A stretch of 64,000 nucleotides of DNA from Candidatus Heimdallarchaeum endolithica. GTDB lineage: Archaea > Asgardarchaeota > Heimdallarchaeia > Heimdallarchaeales > Heimdallarchaeaceae. Under the pieces are notes generated by a model, which was given only the letters and a program-made list of their open reading frames with translations, was not told the DNA's origin and made no database searches. Made by a program: the position numbers and the translations under genes. This document shows, one piece after another, positions 50,813 to 61,313 of the stretch (its first letter is position 1; each line of letters opens with the position of its first letter). Location: assembly GCA_021513715.1 (NCBI GenBank), contig CP084167.1, positions 1,280,001 to 1,344,000 on the forward strand. Reading direction: 5' to 3'.

Positions 50813-51970
50813 TTGGTAAAAATGAAAGCAGTTATAACTGGAAAATATGCTGATGGTAAGGATTTTGTAAAGAAAATAGGAAATAACAAACGAACAATTA
50901 ACTTATCAAATAAAAATATAAAAAGTATTGATCTTTCGAATCTTGCCTTATGCGGAAACATAGAGGTTATTGACCTTTCAGCTAATCAATTAGAAGAGAT
51001 AAACCTTACACCTATTGTAAACACTGAACTAGAAACAGTAATCCTTTCAGAAAACAATCTTAAGTCCATTGATTTATCTCCTCTAGCTCAATGTTCTAAT
51101 TTAGAAGAACTAATTTTAGCAGGAAATGAATTTGAAGAAATAGACCTTAGCCCTTTAAGTCATTGTACAAAATTAGAAGAATTAAGTTTATTTGTAAATA
51201 AAATTAGTAAGATAGATTTAACTCCTCTTTCTCAGTGTAAAGAACTTGAAGCATTAATTTTAGCAGGAAATGCAATAGAAGAAATAGATCTTGGTCCATT
51301 GAGTAAGTGTGAAGAACTAGAAGAATTGGACTTGGAATCAAATAAAATTAAGGAGATTGACTTATCACCTCTTGAAAAATGTCAAGAATTAAAAGTATTA
51401 AAATTAGGAATCAATGAATTAGAAAAAATAGATTTAAGCCCACTAAAAGAAAATAGAGAATTATTATTTTTAGACTTAGGTCAAAATAAACTAAAAAATA
51501 TTGATCTTGTTCCTCTTGAGACATGTATTAACTTAAAATGGCTTGATCTTGGACCTAACCTTATCGAAAATATAGATTTAACTCCTTTGAGTAAAACAGA
51601 AAACTTGCTAGAACTTGACTTAGGACCCAATAAATTAACAAAAATAGATTTAACTCCACTTTCAAATTTAAAAAAACTAGAATACATTGATCTTTCATCT
51701 AACCTCCTAAAAGAAATTGATTTAACTCCCTTATCTTCGTGTTCAAGTTTGCAAGAATTAAACTTGGGCGCTAATTTATTACAAAATGTTGACATTTATC
51801 CATTAACTTTCTGCAGATATATTGAAAGAGTAAGCTTAGACGATAAATACGAGTTACTATTTAACGGAGAAAAACTTGAAAATACAGATAATTTACCTAG
51901 AAAGCTGAAAAAAGCACTTATAAGATGGGAAATCAATGAACAACGAAAGGGAAAATTAAAAGCAGACTAA
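50813..51970 (+). CDS. Leucine-rich repeat protein (22-aa repeats)
   Basis: About 14 repeats LxxLxLxxNxLxxIDLxPLxxC. Confidence 0.93.
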   Translation: MVKMKAVITGKYADGKDFVKKIGNNKRTINLSNKNIKSIDLSNLALCGNIEVIDLSANQLEEINLTPIVNTELETVILSENNLKSIDLSPLAQCSNLEELILAGNEFEEIDLSPLSHCTKLEELSLFVNKISKIDLTPLSQCKELEALILAGNAIEEIDLGPLSKCEELEELDLESNKIKEIDLSPLEKCQELKVLKLGINELEKIDLSPLKENRELLFLDLGQNKLKNIDLVPLETCINLKWLDLGPNLIENIDLTPLSKTENLLELDLGPNKLTKIDLTPLSNLKKLEYIDLSSNLLKEIDLTPLSSCSSLQELNLGANLLQNVDIYPLTFCRYIERVSLDDKYELLFNGEKLENTDNLPRKLKKALIRWEINEQRKGKLKAD

Positions 51971-52038
51971 AAGAACAAAGATTAAAGTTGTCTACTAATT
52001 AGTTGTGACTTTAAAAACTCTCATCAATAACTAATAAT

Positions 52039-52428
52039 ATGGAAAATTGTCATTTTTCCCCCTTTTTCATTGATTATTGTTCAGAATTAAAGAAAATAAT
52101 TCAATTTTTACATGATGAAGGATTTACAAGCATAGAAACGGATAATTTTGCAATTAAAGTAAAAAAACAAATAATTGATAGAAAAAATGATGATTGGAGA
52201 ACAGTCATCAAAGAATTCTTATCAGAAAATAAAAGATATTCAAGCAAAATATATGTACTTATTAAAAGTATTAACAAAGAATTTTGTTTAGAGAACTTGC
52301 GAAATAAACATCTTATGAAGCTGTATATGGAAATAATGGAAACTCTGGATAATAATGAGAACTACAAAATAGAGATTGGGAAGAACAACAATGTTTTACT
52401 CTACTCAATTGAGAAAAAAAACAAATAA
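52039..52428 (+). CDS. Hypothetical protein
   Basis: 129-aa ORF with host-like codon use. Confidence 0.55.
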   Translation: MENCHFSPFFIDYCSELKKIIQFLHDEGFTSIETDNFAIKVKKQIIDRKNDDWRTVIKEFLSENKRYSSKIYVLIKSINKEFCLENLRNKHLMKLYMEIMETLDNNENYKIEIGKNNNVLLYSIEKKNK

Positions 52429-52504
52429 GGTTAGCTAAAAAAATAATTTTGACAAAGTGTAATTGATTAGATATATATAGTTATAATATCCAATAATGTA
52501 AAAG

Positions 52505-53878
52505 GTGAACCCTATTCTCGACATTAGCTCTTTCATGTCAAAAATTTCAAAACAAACTAAATATTTAGATCTACGTTACGGTAACATCGAGGAAAGGATC
52601 ATTAATTCCATTAATGGTTCTATAATTAAAGACATTAAATCATCTTATTCAGGATATGGAGTACGATTTTTATCAAAAGGAATTATTAGTTTCACGAGCG
52701 CACCTGAACTAAAAACAGCCTATGAAGATATTAATAAGTTGTTGAAGACATCTAACATAATAGCCACTTGGAAAAGAGGAGTTAGTCAATTATGTGATGC
52801 TCCTGTTGTACAAGCAACATCTACGAAAACACCAAAGAAGGATTGGGAAAATTTAGAAGAAAACGAGATAAAACAAATAATTTCCGTTATTGAGGAATAT
52901 ATAAGAGAGAAATTAAAAGTTAAAGTACGAATAGAAATTGACTTGCAATTCATCAAATGGTCTGAACTTTTTAAAAGCTCAGAAGGAACATCTATTTTTC
53001 AGAGTTACCCTTACACAGTCATGACATTAACAGGGAGATTAAGCGAAAATGGAAACCAAAAAATATATTACAAAAATTTTGGAGGATTAGGAGGGTTAGA
53101 ATTACTCCCCTATAATAATTTAGAAAAACTTGATGAATTCATTCAAATAATTAATAATCTTCCCAATGCTAAAAATATATCCACTGGGAATTATAATATC
53201 GTATTAAATGAAGACATAGCTTGGATACTTACCCATGAGGTTTTGGGACATTCTTTAGAAGCAGATAATGTTCTTTCAGGACATTCTTTTTATGCTGGAT
53301 TACAAGGAATGAAAATTGCTCCATCATATGTAAGCGTCATTGATGACCCATATATAGAAACCATAGGATATTATGAATTTGATTCTGAAGGAATGAAGGG
53401 TAGAGGAACCTTATTGGTAGATGATGGGATTCTAACTGATTTCTTACATAGCAGAGAAACTGCAGCTGCAATGGGAGTTGAATCATCAGCAAATTACAGA
53501 TCTTTCAGTTTCGAACACCTTCCTCAAGTAAGAATGAGTAACACTTTCATTGAACCAAAAGATTTTTCATTTGAAGAATTATTAGAACAAGTAAAAAATG
53601 GCATATATATTTGTGATGGATTTGGTGGCTCTTCTGAACCACAAACAGGGGATTTCAACATTAACTCCCAATTTGCTAGAGAAATAAAAAATGGAGAATT
53701 AGGAGACTATTTTCAAGGTGTCCAACTTACTGGAAAAACCTCACGATCTCTTTCCTTAATAAAAGGAATTGGAGATAGATTACTTGCTCAACCAGGGAGT
53801 TGTGTAAAAAATAATCAACGAATATTTACTGGTTCTGTATCTCCTAAAATAGCTATTTTCGATCAGAGGGTGAGCTAA
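52505..53878 (+). CDS. tldD: TldD-family metalloprotease
   Basis: HEVLGHSLEAD, DSEG, RMSNT, conserved C-terminal Cys (GSCVK). Confidence 0.9.
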   Translation: MNPILDISSFMSKISKQTKYLDLRYGNIEERIINSINGSIIKDIKSSYSGYGVRFLSKGIISFTSAPELKTAYEDINKLLKTSNIIATWKRGVSQLCDAPVVQATSTKTPKKDWENLEENEIKQIISVIEEYIREKLKVKVRIEIDLQFIKWSELFKSSEGTSIFQSYPYTVMTLTGRLSENGNQKIYYKNFGGLGGLELLPYNNLEKLDEFIQIINNLPNAKNISTGNYNIVLNEDIAWILTHEVLGHSLEADNVLSGHSFYAGLQGMKIAPSYVSVIDDPYIETIGYYEFDSEGMKGRGTLLVDDGILTDFLHSRETAAAMGVESSANYRSFSFEHLPQVRMSNTFIEPKDFSFEELLEQVKNGIYICDGFGGSSEPQTGDFNINSQFAREIKNGELGDYFQGVQLTGKTSRSLSLIKGIGDRLLAQPGSCVKNNQRIFTGSVSPKIAIFDQRVS

Positions 53879-53881
53879 AGT

Positions 53882-55243
53882 ATGTATTCTGATGAAGAAC
53901 TAAAAGAACAAGCGATCAGCATTTTGAGTTTCTTAGAAAAAAAATACAATTACGATCAAATTGAAGTTTTTCTCCAATCACTGAAGCAATTACAAGGAGG
54001 AACAGAATTCAAAACACCAAAGACAATACAATCATCAACCAAAGTAGGTTGTGCTATAAGGTTTTTCAAGGACAAAAATCTTTATTTTACTAGTTTCTCT
54101 TTACCAAGAAGCTTTGATGATTTAGAGTCAATTTTCAAGAAAAACATGTTTCCTATTAGATCTAAACATTTTCATTTTCCTGAAATAAGTGGATTACAAA
54201 AAGAAATAAAGAATATCTACGATAAACAGATTTCACAAAAAGAGTATAGTACAATCTTAGAACTCTCTAATCAGATTAGAGAGATAGGTGAAGAAAATAA
54301 GAATCTTATTCTTGATTCATCTATTTTACTTGCTGAAGAACGGAAAATAATAGCTAACACCACTCATACTTTAGCTTTTGAGAGAGGAACATGGTTGAAT
54401 TTAGATTTTCGAGCATTATATAGAACATATGACATGATAATAAGTGGAGAAAAACATTATAGTTCCAGAATTTTACCTAAATCAATTGATAGCATTGTTG
54501 ACTCACTAATTTCAGAAGTTATTCAAAGGTCAAAAAAAAGTCAAAAATTACACAACCTATTGTTACCAGTTATTTTCTCTCCTGAATCATTTTCAAACCT
54601 TCTATCTTTTATATTAATACCCAATATTATTTCTAACTCTAATTATGTCCATGCTGATTTAAGTGAAGGATTCTCCACGGACTTTAATTTAATTGATGAT
54701 GGAACTGTACCTGGTTTACCTAATTCCACAGCCTTTGATGATGAAGGCATTCCACAATCAAAGACTATTATTTTCCAAAATGGAGAATTAAAAAACAAGT
54801 TAAATAATATAGAAGAATCAGATGAAAATGGTGTTAAAACAGGAAATTCATTCAGAATCAAAAAATTTGAGATCTTTCCTCGAAACTATAGGACATATCC
54901 TCGTGTATATCCATCAAATCTAATAATAGAAGAAGGAAACAAAAAATTCGGCAATATAGTAAGCGAATTTGATGAAGCAATATACATCAACGCAATACAA
55001 GGATATATGACAGCAAACTATATTTCTGGTGATTTTGCTATCTCTGCAATAGACAGTTATCTTATTGAAAATGGTTCAATAAAAAGCACATTACCAAGTT
55101 TTAACATGAGAGGAAATTTGTTTGATATTCTTAGAGATGACTGTACCTTTACCAAAGATAGAAAAGTAATAAGACCGTATAACACTCCATACAGCTTTGT
55201 TTCTCCATATTTAATAACAAAAAGTCTAGAAATTTTACCCTGA
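53882..55243 (+). CDS. TldE/PmbA family protein
   Basis: FDDEGIP, SGDF; no HExxH; paired with tldD. Confidence 0.85.
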   Translation: MYSDEELKEQAISILSFLEKKYNYDQIEVFLQSLKQLQGGTEFKTPKTIQSSTKVGCAIRFFKDKNLYFTSFSLPRSFDDLESIFKKNMFPIRSKHFHFPEISGLQKEIKNIYDKQISQKEYSTILELSNQIREIGEENKNLILDSSILLAEERKIIANTTHTLAFERGTWLNLDFRALYRTYDMIISGEKHYSSRILPKSIDSIVDSLISEVIQRSKKSQKLHNLLLPVIFSPESFSNLLSFILIPNIISNSNYVHADLSEGFSTDFNLIDDGTVPGLPNSTAFDDEGIPQSKTIIFQNGELKNKLNNIEESDENGVKTGNSFRIKKFEIFPRNYRTYPRVYPSNLIIEEGNKKFGNIVSEFDEAIYINAIQGYMTANYISGDFAISAIDSYLIENGSIKSTLPSFNMRGNLFDILRDDCTFTKDRKVIRPYNTPYSFVSPYLITKSLEILP

Positions 55244-55342
55244 CAGTCTAATTAAATATATTAGACGCAAATTAAGCAATGATTTATTTGTAAAAATAAA
55301 AAATAAAAGAATTTTTTTGTTATGTCAGTGTAATAACAAAAA

Positions 55343-56346
55343 AAGCATGTCCAAAAATTCTTTTTCACCTACTAAACGGTCCGAAGGAGTAAAAGGTAGT
55401 TGTAACAGAGAAGAGAACTGTACAAGGTAGAGAGGATGGTGGAGGGTAAACGATCAAGGATTGGGGGAAGAGAGAGTTTAAGGAGACCAAAGACGTGTTC
55501 AATACTACTACGATACTCGGGATGATGATTACGACGATACAGACCAGGGTAGAGACGATGAGCTTGAACTATTGGTCCGAGGGGAGGAGGAGAGGGATAA
55601 CGAGCATTACTTTTTGGGGGAATAACAGGAAAAAAGGAATGTTGGCTAAGAAGTCCAACGATATTTTCTGTCCAGTAGGCACAGTCTCCATAAAATCGCA
55701 AGAAAGGTCTCAAGAGTGCAGAAGGAAGTTTCTGCCAGAGTAAACCGAAGACTTTACTATCGTGAGTGTTACTAGCAGAATGAGCGAGAGAGACTATAGC
55801 TCGAGAGGGTAAACCAACTATAAGGTGTATCTTCCAGAAAAGTTTAGAGGTTTTCTTTAGTGTCCCTCTTGACCATTTGAGAAAACGCCAAACAGAAGCT
55901 TGACGGATTTTAAACCCTGAACTATCCACTGCCATAGCTTTCAAGCCTTTTTTCCTCACTATTTCCCTACCTAAATCTATTATCCACTGCTCTAAGATTT
56001 TACTTTCTGTCGCTCTCCACACTGCATGAAAAGTAGATTTAGAAGGAATCTTCTTCATCCACCCCTCTTCTATCAAAAAATCGCATAAAGACAACTTTTC
56101 CTCTAACTTCCTCCAAGCTATCCCTTCTATTCTAGCAATGATTGCTAAAGCCAGTATCACCCATCTTTCTGCTATTCTCTTTCTCCCTCTCTTGCTTTCT
56201 CTCGGTTCCTCTTTCACCAGTTTCTTAAGGAAAGGTTCATTAATGATTATGAATTCTCTTGCTTTGTGGGGGTCTATGATCTGAAAGAAATTCATACTTC
56301 CGACATAAACCCCCACATTAATAAAAATTAATTTTTGGACATGCTT
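55343..56346 (-). mobile_element. IS5-family-like insertion sequence (~1004 bp)
   Basis: Perfect 17-bp terminal IR aagcatgtccaaaaatt/aatttttggacatgctt; 7-bp direct repeat acaaaaa (55336-55342, 56347-56353). Confidence 0.9.
55372..56295 (-). CDS. DDE transposase (IS5/IS4 clan)
   Basis: AVDSSG, WKIH, HDSK, YGDCAY, YRSSIEHVF; true start ATG 56295 because the supplied start at 56409 lies outside the IR. Confidence 0.9.
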   Translation of the reverse strand: MNFFQIIDPHKAREFIIINEPFLKKLVKEEPRESKRGRKRIAERWVILALAIIARIEGIAWRKLEEKLSLCDFLIEEGWMKKIPSKSTFHAVWRATESKILEQWIIDLGREIVRKKGLKAMAVDSSGFKIRQASVWRFLKWSRGTLKKTSKLFWKIHLIVGLPSRAIVSLAHSASNTHDSKVFGLLWQKLPSALLRPFLRFYGDCAYWTENIVGLLSQHSFFPVIPPKSNARYPSPPPLGPIVQAHRLYPGLYRRNHHPEYRSSIEHVFGLLKLSLPPILDRLPSTILSTLYSSLLCYNYLLLLRTV

Positions 56347-56444
56347 ACAAAAAAGATTAAACAAATAAATTCTACTACTAAATGAATTTTTATAGTTTTG
56401 AATAAACATTACAATAATGTCGTCAAAAAAAGAATAAAATCCTC

Positions 56445-57416
56445 TTATCGTTTAATTTTTCTTTGAATAATAAATATAATCATTCCAACAGCACTTACAG
56501 CTCCTATTGATCCTACTATAATTATCCACAGTGGGGTTCCTTCTTCAATGTCAATGTCACCAGGCAATTGTAAAACCATTTCTTGCTTATATATTATCCT
56601 ATTATTAATGTTTTCAAGGATATCTGTATATTGAGAATTAACAGACATTGAATAGAGAACACCTGTTGAAGAATAACAAAGTTGAATTTCCTCTTTAGCT
56701 TTTGACTCAGAAACATCAGTTACCACATTTTCTTCTTCAATAATCAGAGTAAATTTATAGCCATTAATTAAACTTCCATTTAACAAAAAATTTGATCCCA
56801 TTTTCATTTTATATTCTTTTGAATAATAGCCTTTATCTGAAGAGATATGTTCATTATAAGCAGAATAATCAGTTAAAACTTTAAACTCTGGTGATTTTAC
56901 AGGTAAAAACCACCCATTTAACAATCTTGGTCCAAAAAACATTTTTGTAACTAGAACAACTACATCTAATGGTAAAGAGAAGTTTACATAAGTATTACCA
57001 ATATGATCAGCTATACATATCTCTTGTTTCTGTGTCAAATAACTAACAATTATTTCTGAAGTATTGGTCACATTATCAAAATCCCAAGCTTCTTTGAGAT
57101 AATTATCATATTCTTCTGAAGAATTGAATTTTTGTAATCCAAGAAAATATCTGTGGATGTAAGAAGAACGAAAGGTAATATTATTTTCTTGAATTTTAAC
57201 ATCCAATAGTTGCATGTCTCCATCTTCGTATATAGTTACTTCTTTATTAGTTAATACATCAGTAAATGTTTGTTCTGTTGTATAGGTATAATGATAGGTT
57301 GTTTCCCAGCAATTCCACACAGATTGTTGGCTATTTACTATAGAAGATAAGAGGATGCTTAATATAAGGAAATATTGGAAAAATTTTTTTCTCCTCATTT
57401 TTTTCACACTCCACAT
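56445..57416 (-). CDS. Secreted/surface protein with C-terminal TM anchor
   Basis: Signal peptide, C-terminal GTPLW + hydrophobic helix + RKIKR. Confidence 0.75.
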   Translation of the reverse strand: MWSVKKMRRKKFFQYFLILSILLSSIVNSQQSVWNCWETTYHYTYTTEQTFTDVLTNKEVTIYEDGDMQLLDVKIQENNITFRSSYIHRYFLGLQKFNSSEEYDNYLKEAWDFDNVTNTSEIIVSYLTQKQEICIADHIGNTYVNFSLPLDVVVLVTKMFFGPRLLNGWFLPVKSPEFKVLTDYSAYNEHISSDKGYYSKEYKMKMGSNFLLNGSLINGYKFTLIIEEENVVTDVSESKAKEEIQLCYSSTGVLYSMSVNSQYTDILENINNRIIYKQEMVLQLPGDIDIEEGTPLWIIIVGSIGAVSAVGMIIFIIQRKIKR

Positions 57417-57810
57417 TTTGCATCCAATTTATTAGTAAACGTTCATTATAGAAGTTTACTATGTAATTATTGAAATCGCCATATTAATATGTTTAGAAAT
57501 AAAGTTCATTGAAAAAACATTTTTGAAATTATTAAGACTATGTTGCAATCACTTTATTTAATCTTTTTATTATTTAACCTCTAATTAAATTTCCTCTTTC
57601 TCTTCGTAAGTATTTAGCAAATTTGAAAAAAGAATTTATCCATTTCAATTTGACGTACAATTCAGACGACAAAAAACCAAACTTCTCAATTTCTATTAAA
57701 TGATTAATGCTTTTTCTGTAAAAAAAATCAAAACATCATCGAAAAGATTTAAAAGTAGCAACGAACTCTCAAATTCTGAAAAGAAAAGCCCAATTTACTG
57801 GTGATATTTC

Positions 57811-59268
57811 GTGAAAAAGAAACAGTTTATTATTCCATTAGTTATTCTTGTATTATTATTTGGTCAAATTACTGCATCTAATGCCATAAGAATAAATACA
57901 ATTCAATCAGCACAATCAACAAATGCTGTAAGCTCCAAACCTGTTTTTGATACCTCCGATCCAATACCTACCTTTGACAGGGATGATGAGAACCATCAAG
58001 GAGCTTTAATTATAGCAGACCCTAGTAAGAATGTAACAAACGTTACAATCTGGTATAAGCTTGAAGGTGGAGACAATACAACTATTCCTTATCTATTTGG
58101 TGATGATGGTGGATTTAATCTTTCATGGACTGATCCTACACCAATGGTTTATGATGTGGAAAAATCTAATAACTCTGATATTGCATATTATAATTATACT
58201 TTTGATATAAAATCAGATTTCATTATGTTTCGTGCTTGGTATGGTGATTGGGAAGATGAAATGAACATTCCCAATGTCATTACAACAGGAGTAAGAATAG
58301 AAACGTATTTCTTACATTCATTTTATACACAATATGATCAAATTGATATGAATATCTCGTTATACAATTATAACATCACTAGTTATGGTGTAAAATATAG
58401 AGAATACACCCCACAACACGATGAGATTTTTCAAAATAAGACTTTTTCATTAACTGATGAAGGTACTTACACAAATGTTAGTGCAGCAATAACTCATTCA
58501 TTTAGTCCTGGAACTCAGGTCGAGATTCGATCATTTATTGTACAATTTGATAACCTAACAAAAACTGAAAGAATTTATACAGAAAACGTTGCCCACATAA
58601 TTACCCTTTCTGAGGGAACACCAGAAATCTCTCTTAACAGTGATAGATACACAAATAACCTCAATGTTTCAGTAGAATGGAATGCTACTCCTATTACTGG
58701 TGAAATTACAGCTGTTGAGTTTAATTGGGGAGATGGAAATGTTGAGACCTTAGCTAACTTATCCATTCATACAGTTTATCACCTTTATGATGAAGCTAAA
58801 GAATACAACATTACAATAAGAGTAGAAGTTGGAGCTTCATTTGGAAATAAAACAATAACAGTTTTAATTGACCAATTAGATCCTTCAGGAAGCATAACTG
58901 TAATAGACAATGACGATGATCCAACTGATTATAACATAACAATAAATGGACCTAAAAACGTAGAAATTATTTATAATTCCACTGATGAAGGAGGAAGTGG
59001 TGTTCAAAAAGTAAGAATTGAGACTGATGAAGGAAACGCTTATGAGGTCACTTCTGCAAATGGAACCTATATTGTTGAATTCTTGAACTTTGGCTATCAC
59101 ACTGTATATTTGAAAGTTTATGACAATGCTGGGAATGTTTTTACTACAAGCATAACTTTCTTTATTCATGGAGTCACACAACCAAAAGATATTGGTGTTC
59201 CATTCAGTACTTTTGCTGTTGTTGTTGGAATCATTTCTTTAACTATTTTAATTAAAAGAAGAAAGTAA
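57811..59268 (+). CDS. Surface glycoprotein with PKD/Ig-like domains and C-terminal anchor
   Basis: Signal peptide, FNWGDG (PKD), GSGV...VYDNAGN (Ig-like), many NxS/T, GVPF + TM + KRRK. Confidence 0.85.
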   Translation: MKKKQFIIPLVILVLLFGQITASNAIRINTIQSAQSTNAVSSKPVFDTSDPIPTFDRDDENHQGALIIADPSKNVTNVTIWYKLEGGDNTTIPYLFGDDGGFNLSWTDPTPMVYDVEKSNNSDIAYYNYTFDIKSDFIMFRAWYGDWEDEMNIPNVITTGVRIETYFLHSFYTQYDQIDMNISLYNYNITSYGVKYREYTPQHDEIFQNKTFSLTDEGTYTNVSAAITHSFSPGTQVEIRSFIVQFDNLTKTERIYTENVAHIITLSEGTPEISLNSDRYTNNLNVSVEWNATPITGEITAVEFNWGDGNVETLANLSIHTVYHLYDEAKEYNITIRVEVGASFGNKTITVLIDQLDPSGSITVIDNDDDPTDYNITINGPKNVEIIYNSTDEGGSGVQKVRIETDEGNAYEVTSANGTYIVEFLNFGYHTVYLKVYDNAGNVFTTSITFFIHGVTQPKDIGVPFSTFAVVVGIISLTILIKRRK

Positions 59269-59387
59269 AAACACTTCTTTTTCCTTTTTTAACATCTGTT
59301 TTAACTGTAAGTTTAACAGAACTAAAATTAAATTATATCAAAAATTATTTTAACATAGAATCTATTCTTTCTTAATTATTTCAAGAA

Positions 59388-59927
59388 ATGGTTTTGATGA
59401 AGAGTTTAGAAGAAGAATTATTAAACTTACTTAGCAACAATGACTATCAAGAAACACTTTTACAATTATTTGAAAAAACTAAAAATAAAATAAAGTTCTA
59501 CGAGACTCTTTTTCAAATAGTAGATAAAGAGCCATCCCTCAATGTTGTGGAAAAGATATTAAGATTCATGTCTACTATAAGACCAATCCCCTTTGCATAT
59601 GAAGTTTTAATAGAAAAACTTTTTCATAAAAATCAAAAAATACGGATAGCAGCTGCTGAAACTCTTGCTATCTATCGGCCTGATATTTCAGAGATTCTTA
59701 TCGACAAAATGAAGTCATCAACAGATTCAATTGAAAATACAGAAGTTATCTGGCTTCTAGGAAAAATAGGTAAAAAAGAAGATTTGCTATTTCTAAAAAA
59801 TTTACAAGAACAGATCAAAAATTCAAATAGAGAGAGAAAGGAGTTAGAAGCTTTAAATAATGCAATTCAAGATATCACTTTGAGATATGTTGATCTTTGG
59901 TTTGAAAAAAAGGAAAGAAAAAATTGA
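59388..59927 (+). CDS. HEAT repeat protein
   Basis: KIRIAAAETLA, EVIWLLGKIG. Confidence 0.75.
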   Translation: MVLMKSLEEELLNLLSNNDYQETLLQLFEKTKNKIKFYETLFQIVDKEPSLNVVEKILRFMSTIRPIPFAYEVLIEKLFHKNQKIRIAAAETLAIYRPDISEILIDKMKSSTDSIENTEVIWLLGKIGKKEDLLFLKNLQEQIKNSNRERKELEALNNAIQDITLRYVDLWFEKKERKN

Positions 59928-59957
59928 AACTAATAAATTGATAACATTGATTTATTC

Positions 59958-60341
59958 CTATTCTTTGTAAGCAATTGCTTCTATTTCTACATCCACATCT
60001 TTTGGCAATTTAGCTACTTCTATCGCAGCTCGTGCTGGAGGTTTTTCAGTAAAATAGCTTGCATAAACCTCGTTCATTTCTCCAAATTTATTCATGTCTT
60101 TAAGAAAAACTGTACATTTAACTACATCATTTAGAGAAAAACCTGCTTCTTCTAAAATTGCCTTAATATTATTCAAGACCACCTTTGTTGCTGCTGCAAC
60201 ATCTCCTCGAACTATTTCTCCTGTCTCAACATCTGCTGGAATTTGCCCAGAGATAAACAAGAATTGACCAGCTTGTACAGCTTGAGAATAAGGGCCTACT
60301 GGAGCTGGTGCAGCTTCTGTTTTAACTATTTTTTTTGTCAT
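59958..60341 (-). CDS. ridA: RidA/YjgF enamine-imine deaminase
   Basis: GPYSQA, SGQIP, PAR, VEIEAIA. Confidence 0.95.
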   Translation of the reverse strand: MTKKIVKTEAAPAPVGPYSQAVQAGQFLFISGQIPADVETGEIVRGDVAAATKVVLNNIKAILEEAGFSLNDVVKCTVFLKDMNKFGEMNEVYASYFTEKPPARAAIEVAKLPKDVDVEIEAIAYKE

Positions 60342-60397
60342 AAATTTTAAATCAAAATGAAGTAAATAAATATTCTCCTTTGTATTTGTTGAATAAC

Positions 60398-61273
60398 TTA
60401 TTCTTTTTTATCCCAGAAGGAAATAATTTGAAATATTAAAGAACAAATAAGTCTAGCAGTACTATTTTCTGTTCTAGTTATTCGACCTTCAACAATGTCC
60501 ACATATTCTGATTTAGGAACAATCCTTGAAAGAAATTTGATTAACTGGTCAGGATAGAAACCGAAAGGTTCTGGACAACTTACTGTTGGTACAAAACTTT
60601 GTTCTATTACATCTATGTCTAAACTTAGATAGATTCTAGGATATTTAGATAAGAATTGTTCTAATTTTTCAATGCTTTTTTCCATATTTTTGAAAATATT
60701 CTCTGTTCTTATTAGATTAATATTTTTTGACTTCCAATAATCATATTCATCTTGAGAATGTGTAAAACCATGTCCTCCTATAATAAGAACTTGTTCTGGC
60801 AAAAATATTTTTTGTTCAATTAAATTATAAAGAACTGTTGCATGAGAAAAATATGTTTTTTTAGGATATTCTTTTGCCAAGTCCAAATGAGCATCAAACC
60901 ATATTAATCCTACATTTTTTTCTTTTGGAGCTTGGGATACAGTGTAATAAGTGATTAAGTGATCTCCTCCAATAAAAAGTAGTTTAGAGTTAGTTTCTTC
61001 TTGTATTCTCCACAAATTTTTAATGAATTTCTGATTTTTAATTGGGTGAATATCACCTAAATCCACACACCGTTTATTTGAAATATTAAAATTATAATTG
61101 ACTGATATTCCACTAAACAAATAAGAGATCTTTCTTAGTTGAGAAGGAAAACGTTTGGTTCCTCTTTTTGTTTCTTTTTTTCCTTCATAAGGCAATCCAA
61201 CAAGAACAATATTATCTTTTTCAATTTCATTTTCATTTTTAATTGGAAAAAATCCAACAAATGGTTTTTTCAT
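60398..61273 (-). CDS. Arginase/agmatinase (ureohydrolase) family protein
   Basis: DLGD, GGDH, FDAHLD, SLDIDV, PEPFG. Confidence 0.88.
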   Translation of the reverse strand: MKKPFVGFFPIKNENEIEKDNIVLVGLPYEGKKETKRGTKRFPSQLRKISYLFSGISVNYNFNISNKRCVDLGDIHPIKNQKFIKNLWRIQEETNSKLLFIGGDHLITYYTVSQAPKEKNVGLIWFDAHLDLAKEYPKKTYFSHATVLYNLIEQKIFLPEQVLIIGGHGFTHSQDEYDYWKSKNINLIRTENIFKNMEKSIEKLEQFLSKYPRIYLSLDIDVIEQSFVPTVSCPEPFGFYPDQLIKFLSRIVPKSEYVDIVEGRITRTENSTARLICSLIFQIISFWDKKE

Positions 61274-61313
61274 TTTCTTTCCTCAACATTATAAATTTAA
61301 ATATTGGTATCGT

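Noticed and set aside
56296-56409. N-terminal 38 aa of the supplied 345-aa transposase ORF
   Set aside because: It crosses the terminal IR into host DNA; the real start must be internal (ATG 56295)
57417-57810. ~400-bp intergenic gap between divergent surface-protein genes
   Set aside because: AT-rich; no convincing repeat, ORF or stem structure beyond probable divergent promoters
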